In this document: piece by piece, positions 9,846-20,213 of the stretch
Position numbering within the stretch: position 1 is the first letter of the stretch
Layout: every line of letters starts with the position of its first letter
Assembly (NCBI GenBank): GCA_963848135.1
Contig: CAWKCK010000002.1
Coordinates: 635,684-692,162 of the forward strand
DNA length: 56,479 nt
Reading direction: 5' to 3'
Source of the DNA: an uncultured delta proteobacterium
GTDB lineage: Bacteria; Desulfobacterota; Desulfobacteria; Desulfobacterales; SG8-13
Notes under the pieces: generated by a model
Databases searched by the model: none
Told to the model about the DNA's origin: nothing
What the model saw: the letters and a program-made list of their open reading frames with translations, nothing else
Position numbers and translations under genes: made by a program

Positions 9846-10916
9846 ATGGCTAAAGATAGTCCGGACAAACCAGCTGAAAAAGGAATGTCTAAGGATATAG
9901 AAAAGGAGAAACCTCAGAAGCCATCGCCTTCAGCGGCCGGCAAGAAATCCGCCCGATCCAAAAAATCCACTGCCAAATCTAAAACGGCCCCCAAAACCGT
10001 CAGGCCCCGAAGTAAGGGAAAAACCAACGCGGCCGGGGAAAAGAAAGTTACAAAACCGAAAAGTCCACCGCCAAAGCGCCAGGCCGCTGCGGCAGAAGCA
10101 AAAAAAACAAGCGCCAAAGCGACGCAAAAGATTGAAACTAAAGACGTCCCGAAAAAATCATCATCCGCTGATACCAGCGCCGTACTCCCCCCAACAAACG
10201 AGGAACCAGACACCATGAATAAAATGCTCTTTTACGGCGGCGGCATTTTGGCCCTGTTCGTTTTTCTGATCGTTGCAGCAAGCCTTCAAAACATGGGCAA
10301 ATACGAAATCATCGACAACAACGGTGTTGTTGAAGTTTGGAAAGGCAGATTTTCCCCCATCGGACGTGATCTAATGATCAGTATGACCGGTGTCAAGCCA
10401 CCAAGCCAGATGAAGGCTAATTACACTTGTGAAGAGGTTTATCCGATAGTGTTTCAATACTATCTCAACCAGAGTGATTCCCAAATGGCCGCCGCAGGCT
10501 CTCCGGGCTTTGAAGAAATCAAGTCGAGTTTGAAGCGCGCCGGCAAGTTTGCATCGACCACCGAAGATCGCGCGCTGATCGACAACCGCCTGAAGGCAAT
10601 CGACAGAACCGTTCTCATTTACAAAGCTGACGTTGCCGCGGCCAGGGGCACAACCGAGGGCCTCCAGACTGCCAGAGTCTACCTCAACAAAGCTGCGACA
10701 CTCAATCCAGATGAAATTGAGTCCAGCCTCATTCAGCAAAAACTCGGATCCGTCCAGAAGCAAATGCAGGCGCTGAGACCCAATCTGGCCGGTAAACCGG
10801 AAACACCGCCGGAAACCGATGTTCCCCCACCAGATCCTAAAACCGACGGTCATAAAGGCTCCGAGACTGCACCGGCAGATAAACCATCGGCACCCATCGG
10901 CGGGGGCACCACCTAA
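9846..10916 (+). CDS. Single-pass membrane protein with Lys/Ala/Ser-rich low-complexity N-terminus
   Basis: Long ORF with GAAGGGG SD; basic disordered N-terminus, one TM helix, helical domain, Pro-rich tail. Confidence 0.7.
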   Translation: MAKDSPDKPAEKGMSKDIEKEKPQKPSPSAAGKKSARSKKSTAKSKTAPKTVRPRSKGKTNAAGEKKVTKPKSPPPKRQAAAAEAKKTSAKATQKIETKDVPKKSSSADTSAVLPPTNEEPDTMNKMLFYGGGILALFVFLIVAASLQNMGKYEIIDNNGVVEVWKGRFSPIGRDLMISMTGVKPPSQMKANYTCEEVYPIVFQYYLNQSDSQMAAAGSPGFEEIKSSLKRAGKFASTTEDRALIDNRLKAIDRTVLIYKADVAAARGTTEGLQTARVYLNKAATLNPDEIESSLIQQKLGSVQKQMQALRPNLAGKPETPPETDVPPPDPKTDGHKGSETAPADKPSAPIGGGTT

Positions 10917-11076
10917 GCAGGCAAAAATTCTGATCATAGTGTCCAATGTCGATGAAAGAGCGGCTCGCAAAAGCGCTCTATCAGCCCAGAGAGGGACGCT
11001 GCTTCTTTGAAGTCATCCTCCGCAGTAAGACTTCGGCAAGCCCTGCCGACAGGCAGCGGGGAAATCACATCCGACC

Positions 11077-13209
11077 ATGACTATTCGACGGCTTCTGATA
11101 CTCGCCCCACTGGTGCTGATTGTCATTTTGCTCCAATCCTATTTCTGGGTCCCCACCTACAAGCAGCAAACCCGCGGAAACTCGCAACGCCTCAGTGAAT
11201 ACATTACTGCATCCATCGGCGATGCCAGCCTGCTCAACCCGGTCCTTTCGGCAGATTCTGCCAGCAGCCAGATCGAATCATTGGTGTTCGAAGGCCTGAT
11301 CGACCGCGATGAAAACCTCCAGTTTCGCGGTCGCGTGGCCACCCACTGGGATATTTACGAAGAAGCCTATTTTTACATCAATCCAAACATCCGTCCTCCC
11401 GGCGTGACATCCATCGGCCCGGATGCGGTGGCGGATCTGATTCGACGATCTCAGGATTCTACGGCAGCGATGGATCCGCGTCTGGCATCGACTTTAAAAC
11501 GTATTACCGACATCACTGTTTTGCCTCCGCATCGATTCACGAAGACTCTCAAGGAACCCCAGACAGATGGTGGAACGCCTGGCAACGATATCCGGATCGA
11601 AGTCAATGTCCCATCCCGTATCAAGCTGACTCTCACCGAGGTGGATCAAGACCTGTTCCGTCATCTGGAATTGCTCCTCGGTAAGAACTATTTCGATTCC
11701 TTCGATGCCACCCCCTTCCTCCAAGCCGATGCGACATTGCCAGCGGAACGTTTGCAGGCGTTTGCCCGTGAAACACTGCCGGCCACCGAGCATAACCCTG
11801 TCATTGTTTTCCATCTCCGCCCCGGAGTTCTGTTTCAAGACGGTCATCCGGTGACTGCCGATGACGTTCGTTTCACTTACGACGCCATAATGAACCCCAA
11901 AAACCTGTCACCACGAACCGCAGACTATGAGCCGGTAAAAACGGTCGAGGCTGTGGATCCATTAACGGTTCGCATCGTTTACAAGGTACTCTATTCTCCG
12001 GCTTTCGGCACCTGGCAGATGGGGATTCTACCTGAACACCTTTTGAATAGCGACATTTTGAAAAAAGAGGCCCAGGATCGCGGTCGCGATCCGTCGCAGT
12101 TCAGCATTCGAGACAGTAATTTCAACCGTCACCCGGTCGGCTGCGGCCCTTTCACGTTTCGGGAATGGAAATCCGACCAGTATATCCTTCTGGATCGATT
12201 CGATGACTACTGGGAGGGGCCTGCCAACTACAAAACCTATGCCTACCGCATCATACCCAACTTACTCACACAAGAAATGGAATTTTATGCCGGAACAGTG
12301 GACAGCTATTCGGTTCAGCCCCACCAGGTTGCGCGTCTTACCGCTGATCCGCTGTATCAAAATTTCTCAGGTCTTACTTTCGGCTACACCTACATCGGCT
12401 ACAACATGCGCCGCGAACCTTTTGATGACCGCCGCGTGCGTCTGGCCCTTGGAATGGCCATCGACATCGGCAAAATCATCAAGTTTGTTCTCTATGGACA
12501 AGGTGAACGGATCACCGGCCCCTTTCCCAAACAAACCGACTTCTACAACCGTGCCATTCAACCGATCCCCTACGATCCTGAGGGAGCGCTCCATCTGCTT
12601 GAAGAAGCCGGCTGGAAGCGCAATCGCGATGGCTGGCTCGAAAAAAACGGCAAACGGCTGGCTTTCACCCTGATAACCAATAGCGGTAATGATATCCGCA
12701 AAGCGATTCTGGCAATCGCCCAAGATTCCTGGAAGCAAATCGGTGTCGATATCCGCACCGACCTGCTCGAGTGGTCGGTGTTTATCCAGGAACGGATCAA
12801 CAAACTCGATTTCGATGCCCTGGTACTAGGATGGTCAATGGGTATCGACCCGGACCTCTACCAGATCTGGCATTCCAGTCAGACCCAATCGAATCGTCTC
12901 AATTTCGTCGGTTTTGCAAACCCCGAAGCCGACGATCTGATCGTCAAAATTCGGCAGGAGTACAATCATGCCCAGCAAGTGGCCGACTGCCACCGGTTGC
13001 ATGCCATCATCGCCTACGAGCAGCCATACACTTTTCTCTACGTGGGAAAATGGACGGCCGTGCTTGACAGACGCATTGTTATCAAAACCGTCGACGACCA
13101 GGGCCAATCAGTGCATCGGAAAATCACACCCACCAAAACCGGTAATTTCATGTTCGACTTTAATAAATGGACAAAATTACCTGAATTTCCAACATTTAAT
13201 GCTGAGTAA
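11077..13209 (+). CDS. oppA: Peptide ABC transporter substrate-binding protein (SBP_bac_5) with large insertion
   Basis: IGDASLLNP, FHLRPGVLFQDGHPVTADDVRFT, PVGCGPF, FDDRRVRLAL; first gene of Opp/Dpp operon. Confidence 0.92.
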   Translation: MTIRRLLILAPLVLIVILLQSYFWVPTYKQQTRGNSQRLSEYITASIGDASLLNPVLSADSASSQIESLVFEGLIDRDENLQFRGRVATHWDIYEEAYFYINPNIRPPGVTSIGPDAVADLIRRSQDSTAAMDPRLASTLKRITDITVLPPHRFTKTLKEPQTDGGTPGNDIRIEVNVPSRIKLTLTEVDQDLFRHLELLLGKNYFDSFDATPFLQADATLPAERLQAFARETLPATEHNPVIVFHLRPGVLFQDGHPVTADDVRFTYDAIMNPKNLSPRTADYEPVKTVEAVDPLTVRIVYKVLYSPAFGTWQMGILPEHLLNSDILKKEAQDRGRDPSQFSIRDSNFNRHPVGCGPFTFREWKSDQYILLDRFDDYWEGPANYKTYAYRIIPNLLTQEMEFYAGTVDSYSVQPHQVARLTADPLYQNFSGLTFGYTYIGYNMRREPFDDRRVRLALGMAIDIGKIIKFVLYGQGERITGPFPKQTDFYNRAIQPIPYDPEGALHLLEEAGWKRNRDGWLEKNGKRLAFTLITNSGNDIRKAILAIAQDSWKQIGVDIRTDLLEWSVFIQERINKLDFDALVLGWSMGIDPDLYQIWHSSQTQSNRLNFVGFANPEADDLIVKIRQEYNHAQQVADCHRLHAIIAYEQPYTFLYVGKWTAVLDRRIVIKTVDDQGQSVHRKITPTKTGNFMFDFNKWTKLPEFPTFNAE

Positions 13210-13221
13210 TAACCGGAAAAA

Positions 13222-14181
13222 ATGATTTCATTTATCGGCCGCAGCATGGTTCAAAAAGTCGTCACCCTGTTTTTCGTCTCGGTGGTCTCGTTTCTAATTA
13301 TATATCTGGCACCCGGCAAACCGAGCCAGATCGACCCCATGAACCCAAAGTTTACCCCGGAGATGGTGGAAAGATTCCGAAAGCAGTTTCACCTCGACAA
13401 GCCGCTTTACGTTCAATATCTATTGTTTTACAAAGATCTATTCACGGGCCGCACCGTATCCTGGAAAGACAATCAACCGGTGCTCGGAAAAATCTGGGAC
13501 CGCTTTCTCAACAGTCTGCCCCTTTTCTTTGTCGGCACCATCCTGACCTGGACCCTCTCGTTCCCGGTGGGAATCCGATCCGCAATTTTCCGGGGCAGCA
13601 CGTTCGATCGCGGCTCAACCTTTATTGCTTATTTTCTCATTTCGATCCCCGGGTTCTTCTTTGCCTATCTGTTGATCATCCTGGTGGTGACACGACTGCA
13701 CGTACCGGTCATCGGCATGCAGACCTTCGGTCTGGGCGATACCTCGCCGGTTCACGTGGTGATGGACCGGATCTGGCACCTGGTGATACCTTCCGTTCTC
13801 GGAGCCACCGGCGGCATCGCCGTCCTCTCCCGTTATGTGCGCGGCCAAATGTTGGAAGTCGAAGGGCAGGATTATGTCCGCACAGCCAAGGCCAAAGGTC
13901 TGCCGCCGGACGACGTTCATTATCGGCACGCCCTGCGCAATGCCCTGCTCCCATTTGTGACGATGTTCGGCCTCATCCTACCGGGCTTGATCGGCGGCTC
14001 GGTCATCATTGAATCGATTTTTTCATGGCCCGGCATGGGCAGAATGGCCTATGAGGCTATCCTGGCCAGAGACTACCCGATCATCTTGACGGTCAACTTC
14101 TTATCGGCCGTTCTGGTGTTGATCGGAACATTTGTTTCCGACATATTATACATGGTTGTCGACCCGAGGATCCGTTTATAA
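13222..14181 (+). CDS. oppB: Peptide ABC transporter permease
   Basis: DYVRTAKAKGL EAA loop, HALRNAL, DPRIRL C-terminus. Confidence 0.93.
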   Translation: MISFIGRSMVQKVVTLFFVSVVSFLIIYLAPGKPSQIDPMNPKFTPEMVERFRKQFHLDKPLYVQYLLFYKDLFTGRTVSWKDNQPVLGKIWDRFLNSLPLFFVGTILTWTLSFPVGIRSAIFRGSTFDRGSTFIAYFLISIPGFFFAYLLIILVVTRLHVPVIGMQTFGLGDTSPVHVVMDRIWHLVIPSVLGATGGIAVLSRYVRGQMLEVEGQDYVRTAKAKGLPPDDVHYRHALRNALLPFVTMFGLILPGLIGGSVIIESIFSWPGMGRMAYEAILARDYPIILTVNFLSAVLVLIGTFVSDILYMVVDPRIRL

Positions 14182-15344
14182 TGACATCTCAGGCAGCACC
14201 ACCATACCCAAACGGGGCCCAACCTCTGGATGTCCCCCTGGCGCCACGCAAGTCACGCTGGGAAGAGTTCTGGTTGCTTTTCAAACAGAACCGACTGGCT
14301 GTCGCCGGCATGGTGATATTCGCTTTGTTCTTCATCACTGCCATTGGCGGCCTACTGCTCACCTCGGGGATGGATCCCATCCTCGACCCCTCTTTGGTGC
14401 GACTACAGGAAAAATTGCAACCACCACTCTCCACACCGAATTTGGCGTCACTCGGCCCCGGCCAGGCCCCGCTTCTCGGCACATACCTCCTCGGAACGGA
14501 TGAACTTGGCCGGGATGTCTTTGCCCGCATGCTACAGGGGGCCTGGGTGTCGCTCACTGTCGGTTTTGTCGCCGTGGGGATCTCTGTCTTGATTGGTATA
14601 TTACTGGGGGGTATTGCCGGTTACTATGGTCAAAACCAGGTTCAGGTCGATCACCTGCTGCTGGCCGCAGCAGTACTTGCCGGAGCGGTTTTGCTTGCCG
14701 TTGGCCGAATCGCGTGGGGAAGCGGTTTGCTGATCTTCGGTGGCGCCTATTTGCTTTTATTGTTTTTTCAGGTCCAAAGACCGATCAACGGTCTGCCGCC
14801 ATTCATTCGGACCCGGACCTTCACCATCGACACCCTGATCATGCGGTTGGTGGACATCATGCTGTGTTTTCCGACCTTTTTTCTGATTCTCACGGTTGTC
14901 GCACTCCTGCCGGCGAGCATTTACAACATCATGGTCGTTATCGGTCTGACCAGTTGGATGGGAACCACCCGGTTCGTGCGGGCTGAATTTCTCTCTCTGC
15001 GCGAGCAGGATTTCGTTGCCGCCGCGAAGGCCCTCGGTGTCGGCAATCTGCGAATCATTTTCCGGCACATGATGCCAAACGCCGTCGCCCCGGTGCTTGT
15101 ATCGGCCACTATCGGAATCGCATCCGCAATACTGACTGAAGCCGGTCTCAGCTTCCTTGGTTTCGGGGTACCGCCCCCCCATGCCACATGGGGTAATATC
15201 CTTTCAGACGGTCAGAACTACATCTTTGATGCCCCTTGGCTGACCTTTATTCCGGGAATCGCGATTCTGATCGTCGTACTGGCGTTCAATCTATTTGGAG
15301 AAGGCCTGCGGGAAGTCCTCAACCCGAAACTGCGGGAGCGGTAA
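14181..15344 (+). CDS. oppC: Peptide ABC transporter permease (extra TM hairpin)
   Basis: LGTDELGRD, EQDFVAAAKALG, EAGLSFLGFG, GEGLREVLNP. Confidence 0.93.
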   Translation: MTSQAAPPYPNGAQPLDVPLAPRKSRWEEFWLLFKQNRLAVAGMVIFALFFITAIGGLLLTSGMDPILDPSLVRLQEKLQPPLSTPNLASLGPGQAPLLGTYLLGTDELGRDVFARMLQGAWVSLTVGFVAVGISVLIGILLGGIAGYYGQNQVQVDHLLLAAAVLAGAVLLAVGRIAWGSGLLIFGGAYLLLLFFQVQRPINGLPPFIRTRTFTIDTLIMRLVDIMLCFPTFFLILTVVALLPASIYNIMVVIGLTSWMGTTRFVRAEFLSLREQDFVAAAKALGVGNLRIIFRHMMPNAVAPVLVSATIGIASAILTEAGLSFLGFGVPPPHATWGNILSDGQNYIFDAPWLTFIPGIAILIVVLAFNLFGEGLREVLNPKLRER

Positions 15345-15348
15345 TTTA

Positions 15349-15534
15349 GGTTGAGCCGGTTAGCCGTTAACCGGTTGAGCCCCTCTGGGATCGGGTGGGT
15401 GACCGGCTATTGAGGATCGGAAAAATGAATTCCATGCATCGTCGAATCACGAACAATATTTTTATCGGGATAACGGGCCCAACCGGCTCAACGGGCTCAA
15501 CTAACCCAACGGACTTAACGGGCTCAACGGATCA
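15349..15534. repeat. Degenerate 9-bp tandem repeats in inverted arrangement inside the oppC-oppD spacer
   Basis: 15472-15534: seven units like AACGGGCTC; 15349-15382: reverse-complement units like GTTGAGCCG. Confidence 0.75.
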
Positions 15535-15537
15535 CCT

Positions 15538-16536
15538 ATGACAGAAACAGACACCCTTCTAGCGGTCGAAGACCTCAAAGTTTACTTTCGCGGTGCCGAC
15601 GGTCGCGCGTCCAAAGCCGTGGACGGTGTAAGCTACGCCATCCGGCGCGAGGAAACGGTCTGTCTGGTGGGAGAGTCCGGCTGCGGCAAGACCGTGTCAG
15701 CCCTCAGCGTACTCGGCCTTATTCCCCAACCGCCCGGCGAAATTGTCAGCGGTCGGATCCTGTTCGACGGCAGGGATTTACTGCCTTTGAACGACGAAGA
15801 GATGCAGCGCGTCCGCGGTAACCGCATTGCCATGGTTTTCCAGGAACCGCTCACCTCCCTCAACCCTGTTTTTAAAATTGGCGAACAAATTGCCGAATCG
15901 ATTCGAATCCACCGCAAGGTTGATGAGGATAGGCTGCGACAGCGCTGCATTCAATTGCTGACCGATGTCGGCATCCCGTCAGCAGAGGAGCGACTCAACG
16001 CCTATCCCCATCAACTTAGTGGCGGTCAACGCCAACGGGTCATGATCGCCATGGCGCTCTCATGCGATCCTGAACTGGTGATTGCCGACGAACCGACCAC
16101 GGCCCTGGATGTTACCGTTCAGGCCCAAATTCTGACACTCTTCAAGGACCTTCAGCGGCAGCACAACATGGCGGTTCTTTACATCACACATGATCTCGGG
16201 GTGGTATCTGCCGTGGCCGACCGGGTATATGTCATGTATGCCGGCGTTATCGTCGAGCAAGGGCAGACAATTCAAATTTTCCGTGAGCCCCAGCACCCTT
16301 ACACCCGCGGCCTGCTGGCATCACTGCCGACCCGGTCGAAAAGAGGCCAACGGCTTTACAGCATTGCCGGATCTGTACCTGACCCGGCCCATAAACCTGT
16401 CGGGTGCCCGTTTAATCCGCGCTGTCCGCATGCGGTGCAAACCTGCCGCGAAAGGTTCCCGGAAATGTGCAACTACGGCAAAGATCACCTGGCGCGGTGT
16501 CCAATCCTTTATGGCAACCGCAATGCGGCCGCTTGA
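15538..16536 (+). CDS. oppD: Peptide ABC transporter ATP-binding protein
   Basis: GESGCGKT, LSGGQRQR, ADEPTTALD, HPYT and CPFNPRC oligoHPY tail. Confidence 0.94.
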   Translation: MTETDTLLAVEDLKVYFRGADGRASKAVDGVSYAIRREETVCLVGESGCGKTVSALSVLGLIPQPPGEIVSGRILFDGRDLLPLNDEEMQRVRGNRIAMVFQEPLTSLNPVFKIGEQIAESIRIHRKVDEDRLRQRCIQLLTDVGIPSAEERLNAYPHQLSGGQRQRVMIAMALSCDPELVIADEPTTALDVTVQAQILTLFKDLQRQHNMAVLYITHDLGVVSAVADRVYVMYAGVIVEQGQTIQIFREPQHPYTRGLLASLPTRSKRGQRLYSIAGSVPDPAHKPVGCPFNPRCPHAVQTCRERFPEMCNYGKDHLARCPILYGNRNAAA

Positions 16537-16552
16537 TATTAATTATAAAAAT

Positions 16553-17551
16553 ATGACGATATCAAACCATTCGGATAAGATCATTCTTCAGGTTCGCAAT
16601 CTGAAAAAACACTTTCCGGTTCGCTCCGGGTTCCTCCAGCGGATCACCGGGTCGGTGAAGGCTGTTAATGGTGTCGGCTTCGACATCCGCAAAGGTCAGA
16701 CCCTCGGGCTGGTCGGTGAAAGCGGCTGCGGTAAATCGACAGTTGCCCGAATGATCATGCGGCTACTGAATCCGGATTCCGGCCAAATCCTTTTCCGCGG
16801 TCATGACATCGGTGGCCTGACCGAAAAGGAAATGAAGCCCTTCCGCAAACAAATGCAGATTGTTTTCCAGGACCCTTACGGATCGCTCAATCCCCGCATG
16901 ACCGTCGGCCAGTCGATCGAAGAGGGGCTGCGGATTACGGGGATGCCCCGCGGTCGACAACGCAGTGATCGTTTGGCGGCACTGCTCGAAATGGTCGGCA
17001 TGGCACCGGAGAGCAACGACCGTTATCCGCACGAGTTCAGCGGCGGCCAGCGGCAGAGGATAGGCATTGCCCGGGCATTGAGCGTCAACCCGGCCCTGAT
17101 CATCTGTGATGAGCCTATATCCGCCCTCGATGTTTCAATTCAGGCACAAGTGATTAACCTGTTAAAAGACCTTCAGGATCGGCTGGGGCTCAGTTACCTC
17201 TTTATTTCCCACGACCTAAACGTGGTGGGATACCTGTGCAATCAAGTGGCCGTCATGTTTCAGGGGATCATCGTTGAACTGGCGGCGGCCGAAGAGCTTT
17301 ACGCCAACCCCAGCCACCCATACACCCAGACGCTCCTGGCGGCCATACCGGATGTGGATTTGGAAAAGACACCGACACCACCTCTATCAAAAAACGACGA
17401 ACAACCCGCAGCCCCCCTCCCGCCCGGCTGTGCATTCCAGAGTCAATGCCGCAACAATGATGAAAACTGCCGGCAGGAGGAGATGCCGATGATACAAGTC
17501 GGCCCTGAACATTTTGTTCGCTGCTGGAAAACCGAACAAGTCACGTCGTAA
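16553..17551 (+). CDS. oppF: Peptide ABC transporter ATP-binding protein
   Basis: GESGCGKS, YPHEFSGGQRQRIGIARAL, CDEPISALD; start uncertain. Confidence 0.92.
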   Translation: MTISNHSDKIILQVRNLKKHFPVRSGFLQRITGSVKAVNGVGFDIRKGQTLGLVGESGCGKSTVARMIMRLLNPDSGQILFRGHDIGGLTEKEMKPFRKQMQIVFQDPYGSLNPRMTVGQSIEEGLRITGMPRGRQRSDRLAALLEMVGMAPESNDRYPHEFSGGQRQRIGIARALSVNPALIICDEPISALDVSIQAQVINLLKDLQDRLGLSYLFISHDLNVVGYLCNQVAVMFQGIIVELAAAEELYANPSHPYTQTLLAAIPDVDLEKTPTPPLSKNDEQPAAPLPPGCAFQSQCRNNDENCRQEEMPMIQVGPEHFVRCWKTEQVTS

Positions 17552-17664
17552 AAGTAAATACCCTGGCACATAGGGCCAGGATTTGGATTGCACCCGGAAG
17601 GATATATTTTTTGTTGATTGTGTTAAATCCGGAGCAAATCCTAATTTCGAATGACCAAGGGAAT

Positions 17665-18867
17665 GTGATAACCGTGACACCGCAGACAACGCCCAGGACT
17701 GAAATCGATAACCGCATTGCGCAGTTAAAATCGCAACTGGCTCTGAGAAAGCTCGATGCTGCCCTGATCGTACAAAACTCAGACCTGTTCTATTTTACCG
17801 GTACCATCCAACAGGCCCACCTCTTCGTGCCGCTCGAGGGCGAACCCTTATTGATGGTGCGCAAAGATTTCGATCGGGCCCGCGCCGAGTCCGCAATCGA
17901 TAGAATTGTTCCCATCACCAGCCCCAGGAAACTACCCGAGATGTTGCGTCAGAACGGTCATCCTCCACCCCGCCGTCTGGGTATGGAACTCGACGTCATC
18001 CCCGCTAATTTGTATCTCGGCTACCACCAAATCTTCGACGGAGCGGAGATCTCCGATGTTTCCAGCGCTGTGCGCTCTGTCAGGGCAGTGAAATCTGCAT
18101 ACGAAATAGAGCTGATCACTGCCGCCGCCGCGTATTCGGACCAGGTGGCCGAGAGTGTGCTCGATTTCCTGCAGGAGGGATTGACTGAAGTCGAGCTGGC
18201 CGGAATGGTGGAGTCCCGGGCCCGCCAACTGGGGCACCAGGGTGTCATCCGCATGCGTTTGTGGGGCAGCGAAATGTTCTATGGTCACCTTATGGCCGGG
18301 CCGTCCGCTGCCGTACCCAGCTTTCTGGCATCACCCACCGGCGGTGCGGCGGTCGGGCCGGCTGTGGCTCAGGGGCCGGGATTTCGAAAAATCCGAAGAC
18401 ACGAACCGGTTTTGGTTGACTATGTCTTCGCCCACCAAGGCTACCTGTCCGACCATACCCGCATATTCGCGGTCGGCAGCCTGCCGGATGAACTTTTGCA
18501 GGCCCACCAGGCCATGCTGACACTGCAGGCTGAAATTAAAAAGGCCGCCCTGCCGGGGGTAACAGCCGGCGGCATATACGAAAAAGCGGTTCGACTGGCG
18601 TTTGAAATGGGTTATGCCGACAATTTCATGGGTGCCGGTAATCGCCGTATCCGCTTTGTCGGCCACGGTGTCGGTATCGAACTGGATGAATACCCTTTTC
18701 TGGCCAAAGGACAGACGCAGACCCTTCAGGCGGGCATGGTCATCGCCTTGGAACCGAAACTGATCTTCCCCGGAATCGGTGTGGTCGGCATCGAGAACAC
18801 CCACGTGGTTACAGCCGGCGGGCTCCACCAGTTAGGAAAATTCAATGAAGAAATTAACATTGTATGA
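17665..18867 (+). CDS. M24 family Xaa-Pro aminopeptidase
   Basis: Creatinase-like N-domain (DLFYFTG), GYLSDHTR, GHGVGIELDEYP, ALEPK, GIENT; start approximate. Confidence 0.9.
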   Translation: MITVTPQTTPRTEIDNRIAQLKSQLALRKLDAALIVQNSDLFYFTGTIQQAHLFVPLEGEPLLMVRKDFDRARAESAIDRIVPITSPRKLPEMLRQNGHPPPRRLGMELDVIPANLYLGYHQIFDGAEISDVSSAVRSVRAVKSAYEIELITAAAAYSDQVAESVLDFLQEGLTEVELAGMVESRARQLGHQGVIRMRLWGSEMFYGHLMAGPSAAVPSFLASPTGGAAVGPAVAQGPGFRKIRRHEPVLVDYVFAHQGYLSDHTRIFAVGSLPDELLQAHQAMLTLQAEIKKAALPGVTAGGIYEKAVRLAFEMGYADNFMGAGNRRIRFVGHGVGIELDEYPFLAKGQTQTLQAGMVIALEPKLIFPGIGVVGIENTHVVTAGGLHQLGKFNEEINIV

Positions 18868-18956
18868 GGTATTTGGGCATTTGTGAGAAAAGATCTTCAG
18901 TATTCAACGGACCCAACTGGCCCAATGGACTAAAATTTCAAGCCTGGGAAACATAA

Positions 18957-19742
18957 ATGGATTCTAAAACAATCACCGCAGCTCAGCTTCGAGAACAGAT
19001 TCGCCAAGGCGAATGGCAAACCCCAACTTCGGGCGCAGCCTACGGCTACGTGCAGGCCAACCTGGTCATGCTGCCCAAAACTGATGCCTTTAACTTCCTG
19101 CTCTTTTGTGTCCGCAACACCAAACCCTGTCCCATCCTCGATGTTCTCGAAGCCGGGGTATTTGAGCCTAAAATTGCACCAGGGGCCGATCTGCGAAGAG
19201 ATCTGCCTCTCTACCGGATCTATCGCAACGGCCTATTGGAAAAAGAAGCCCCGAATGTCTCCCAAGAATTTAACGAAGAGATGGTCAGCTTTCTTCTGGG
19301 GTGCAGTTTCTCCTTTGAAAACGCTCTGCAGGCCGCCGGAGTGCCTGTTCGTAACATCGACGAGGGCAAGAATGTCTCCATGTACATAACCAACCGTTCC
19401 TGCCTGCCGGCAGGACCCTTTACGGCTCCCCTTGTGGTTAGCATGCGACCGATGACACCCGAGCAGGCCGTAAGGGCGGTTCAGATCACCACCCGTTTTC
19501 ATCTGACCCACGGTGCACCGGTTCACATCGGCGATCCGGATCAGATTGGCATCAAAGATCTTCAAAACCCAGAATTCGGCGATCCGGTCACCATCCGCCC
19601 TGGGGAGGTTCCTGTATTTTGGGCTTGCGGGGTCACCTCGGCCTTGGCCGCTACCTCGACGCCCCTGCCACTGGTCATTACCCACGCGCCGGGGCACATG
19701 TTCGTCTCGGATTTGAAAGATGAAGATATGACGATTTTCTAA
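18957..19742 (+). CDS. DUF1445 putative hydro-lyase (D-glutamate cyclase-like)
   Basis: GYVQANLVML, KPCP, GCSFSFE, VVSMRP, HGAPVHIGDP, VFWACGVT, THAPGHM. Confidence 0.9.
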   Translation: MDSKTITAAQLREQIRQGEWQTPTSGAAYGYVQANLVMLPKTDAFNFLLFCVRNTKPCPILDVLEAGVFEPKIAPGADLRRDLPLYRIYRNGLLEKEAPNVSQEFNEEMVSFLLGCSFSFENALQAAGVPVRNIDEGKNVSMYITNRSCLPAGPFTAPLVVSMRPMTPEQAVRAVQITTRFHLTHGAPVHIGDPDQIGIKDLQNPEFGDPVTIRPGEVPVFWACGVTSALAATSTPLPLVITHAPGHMFVSDLKDEDMTIF

Positions 19743-20213
19743 GGTACGTTCGATTTCAATGAATGATCGTGGTTACAATCGATCAACTTGTGCACCATTG
19801 TCGCTTGACAGGCCTGGCGGCGTTTTATATAGATTTTACATGTTAATGAGATCTTCGGCCGAATAATGACCGGGGACCCGTTTCCCGACAGCCCAACCGG
19901 CGCATCTACCAAAACCGCATCTCCCAGGATATCTCACCCCGGGGTGCTTTCCAAGTTCCATTGAATTATCATTTTAAGTGCATGCACTATCTTCAAGCGT
20001 CGTGTAGGGCTTTTGAAGTTGGAATCTTTTAGTTAGTGCTCATTCGCGAAAAGTGGATGGCACGATTGAGTGTCCAATTCATAAATGAGAATTCTTCTCG
20101 CTGGGCAAGGCCGCAAACCTGCGGAGAATCCCGCCATGGCAGGACACAGCGAAAAAAAGACCATTTATGGAAGGACAATAGTTAACCACTATATGATGAC
20201 AAAGGAGGATCAC

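Noticed and set aside
15349..15534. CRISPR array
   Set aside because: Units are 9 bp, degenerate and have no spacers; no cas genes
19840..20210. Riboswitch or sigma54 promoter in the long livK leader
   Set aside because: No recognisable aptamer consensus; TGGCAC lacks a correctly spaced TTGC
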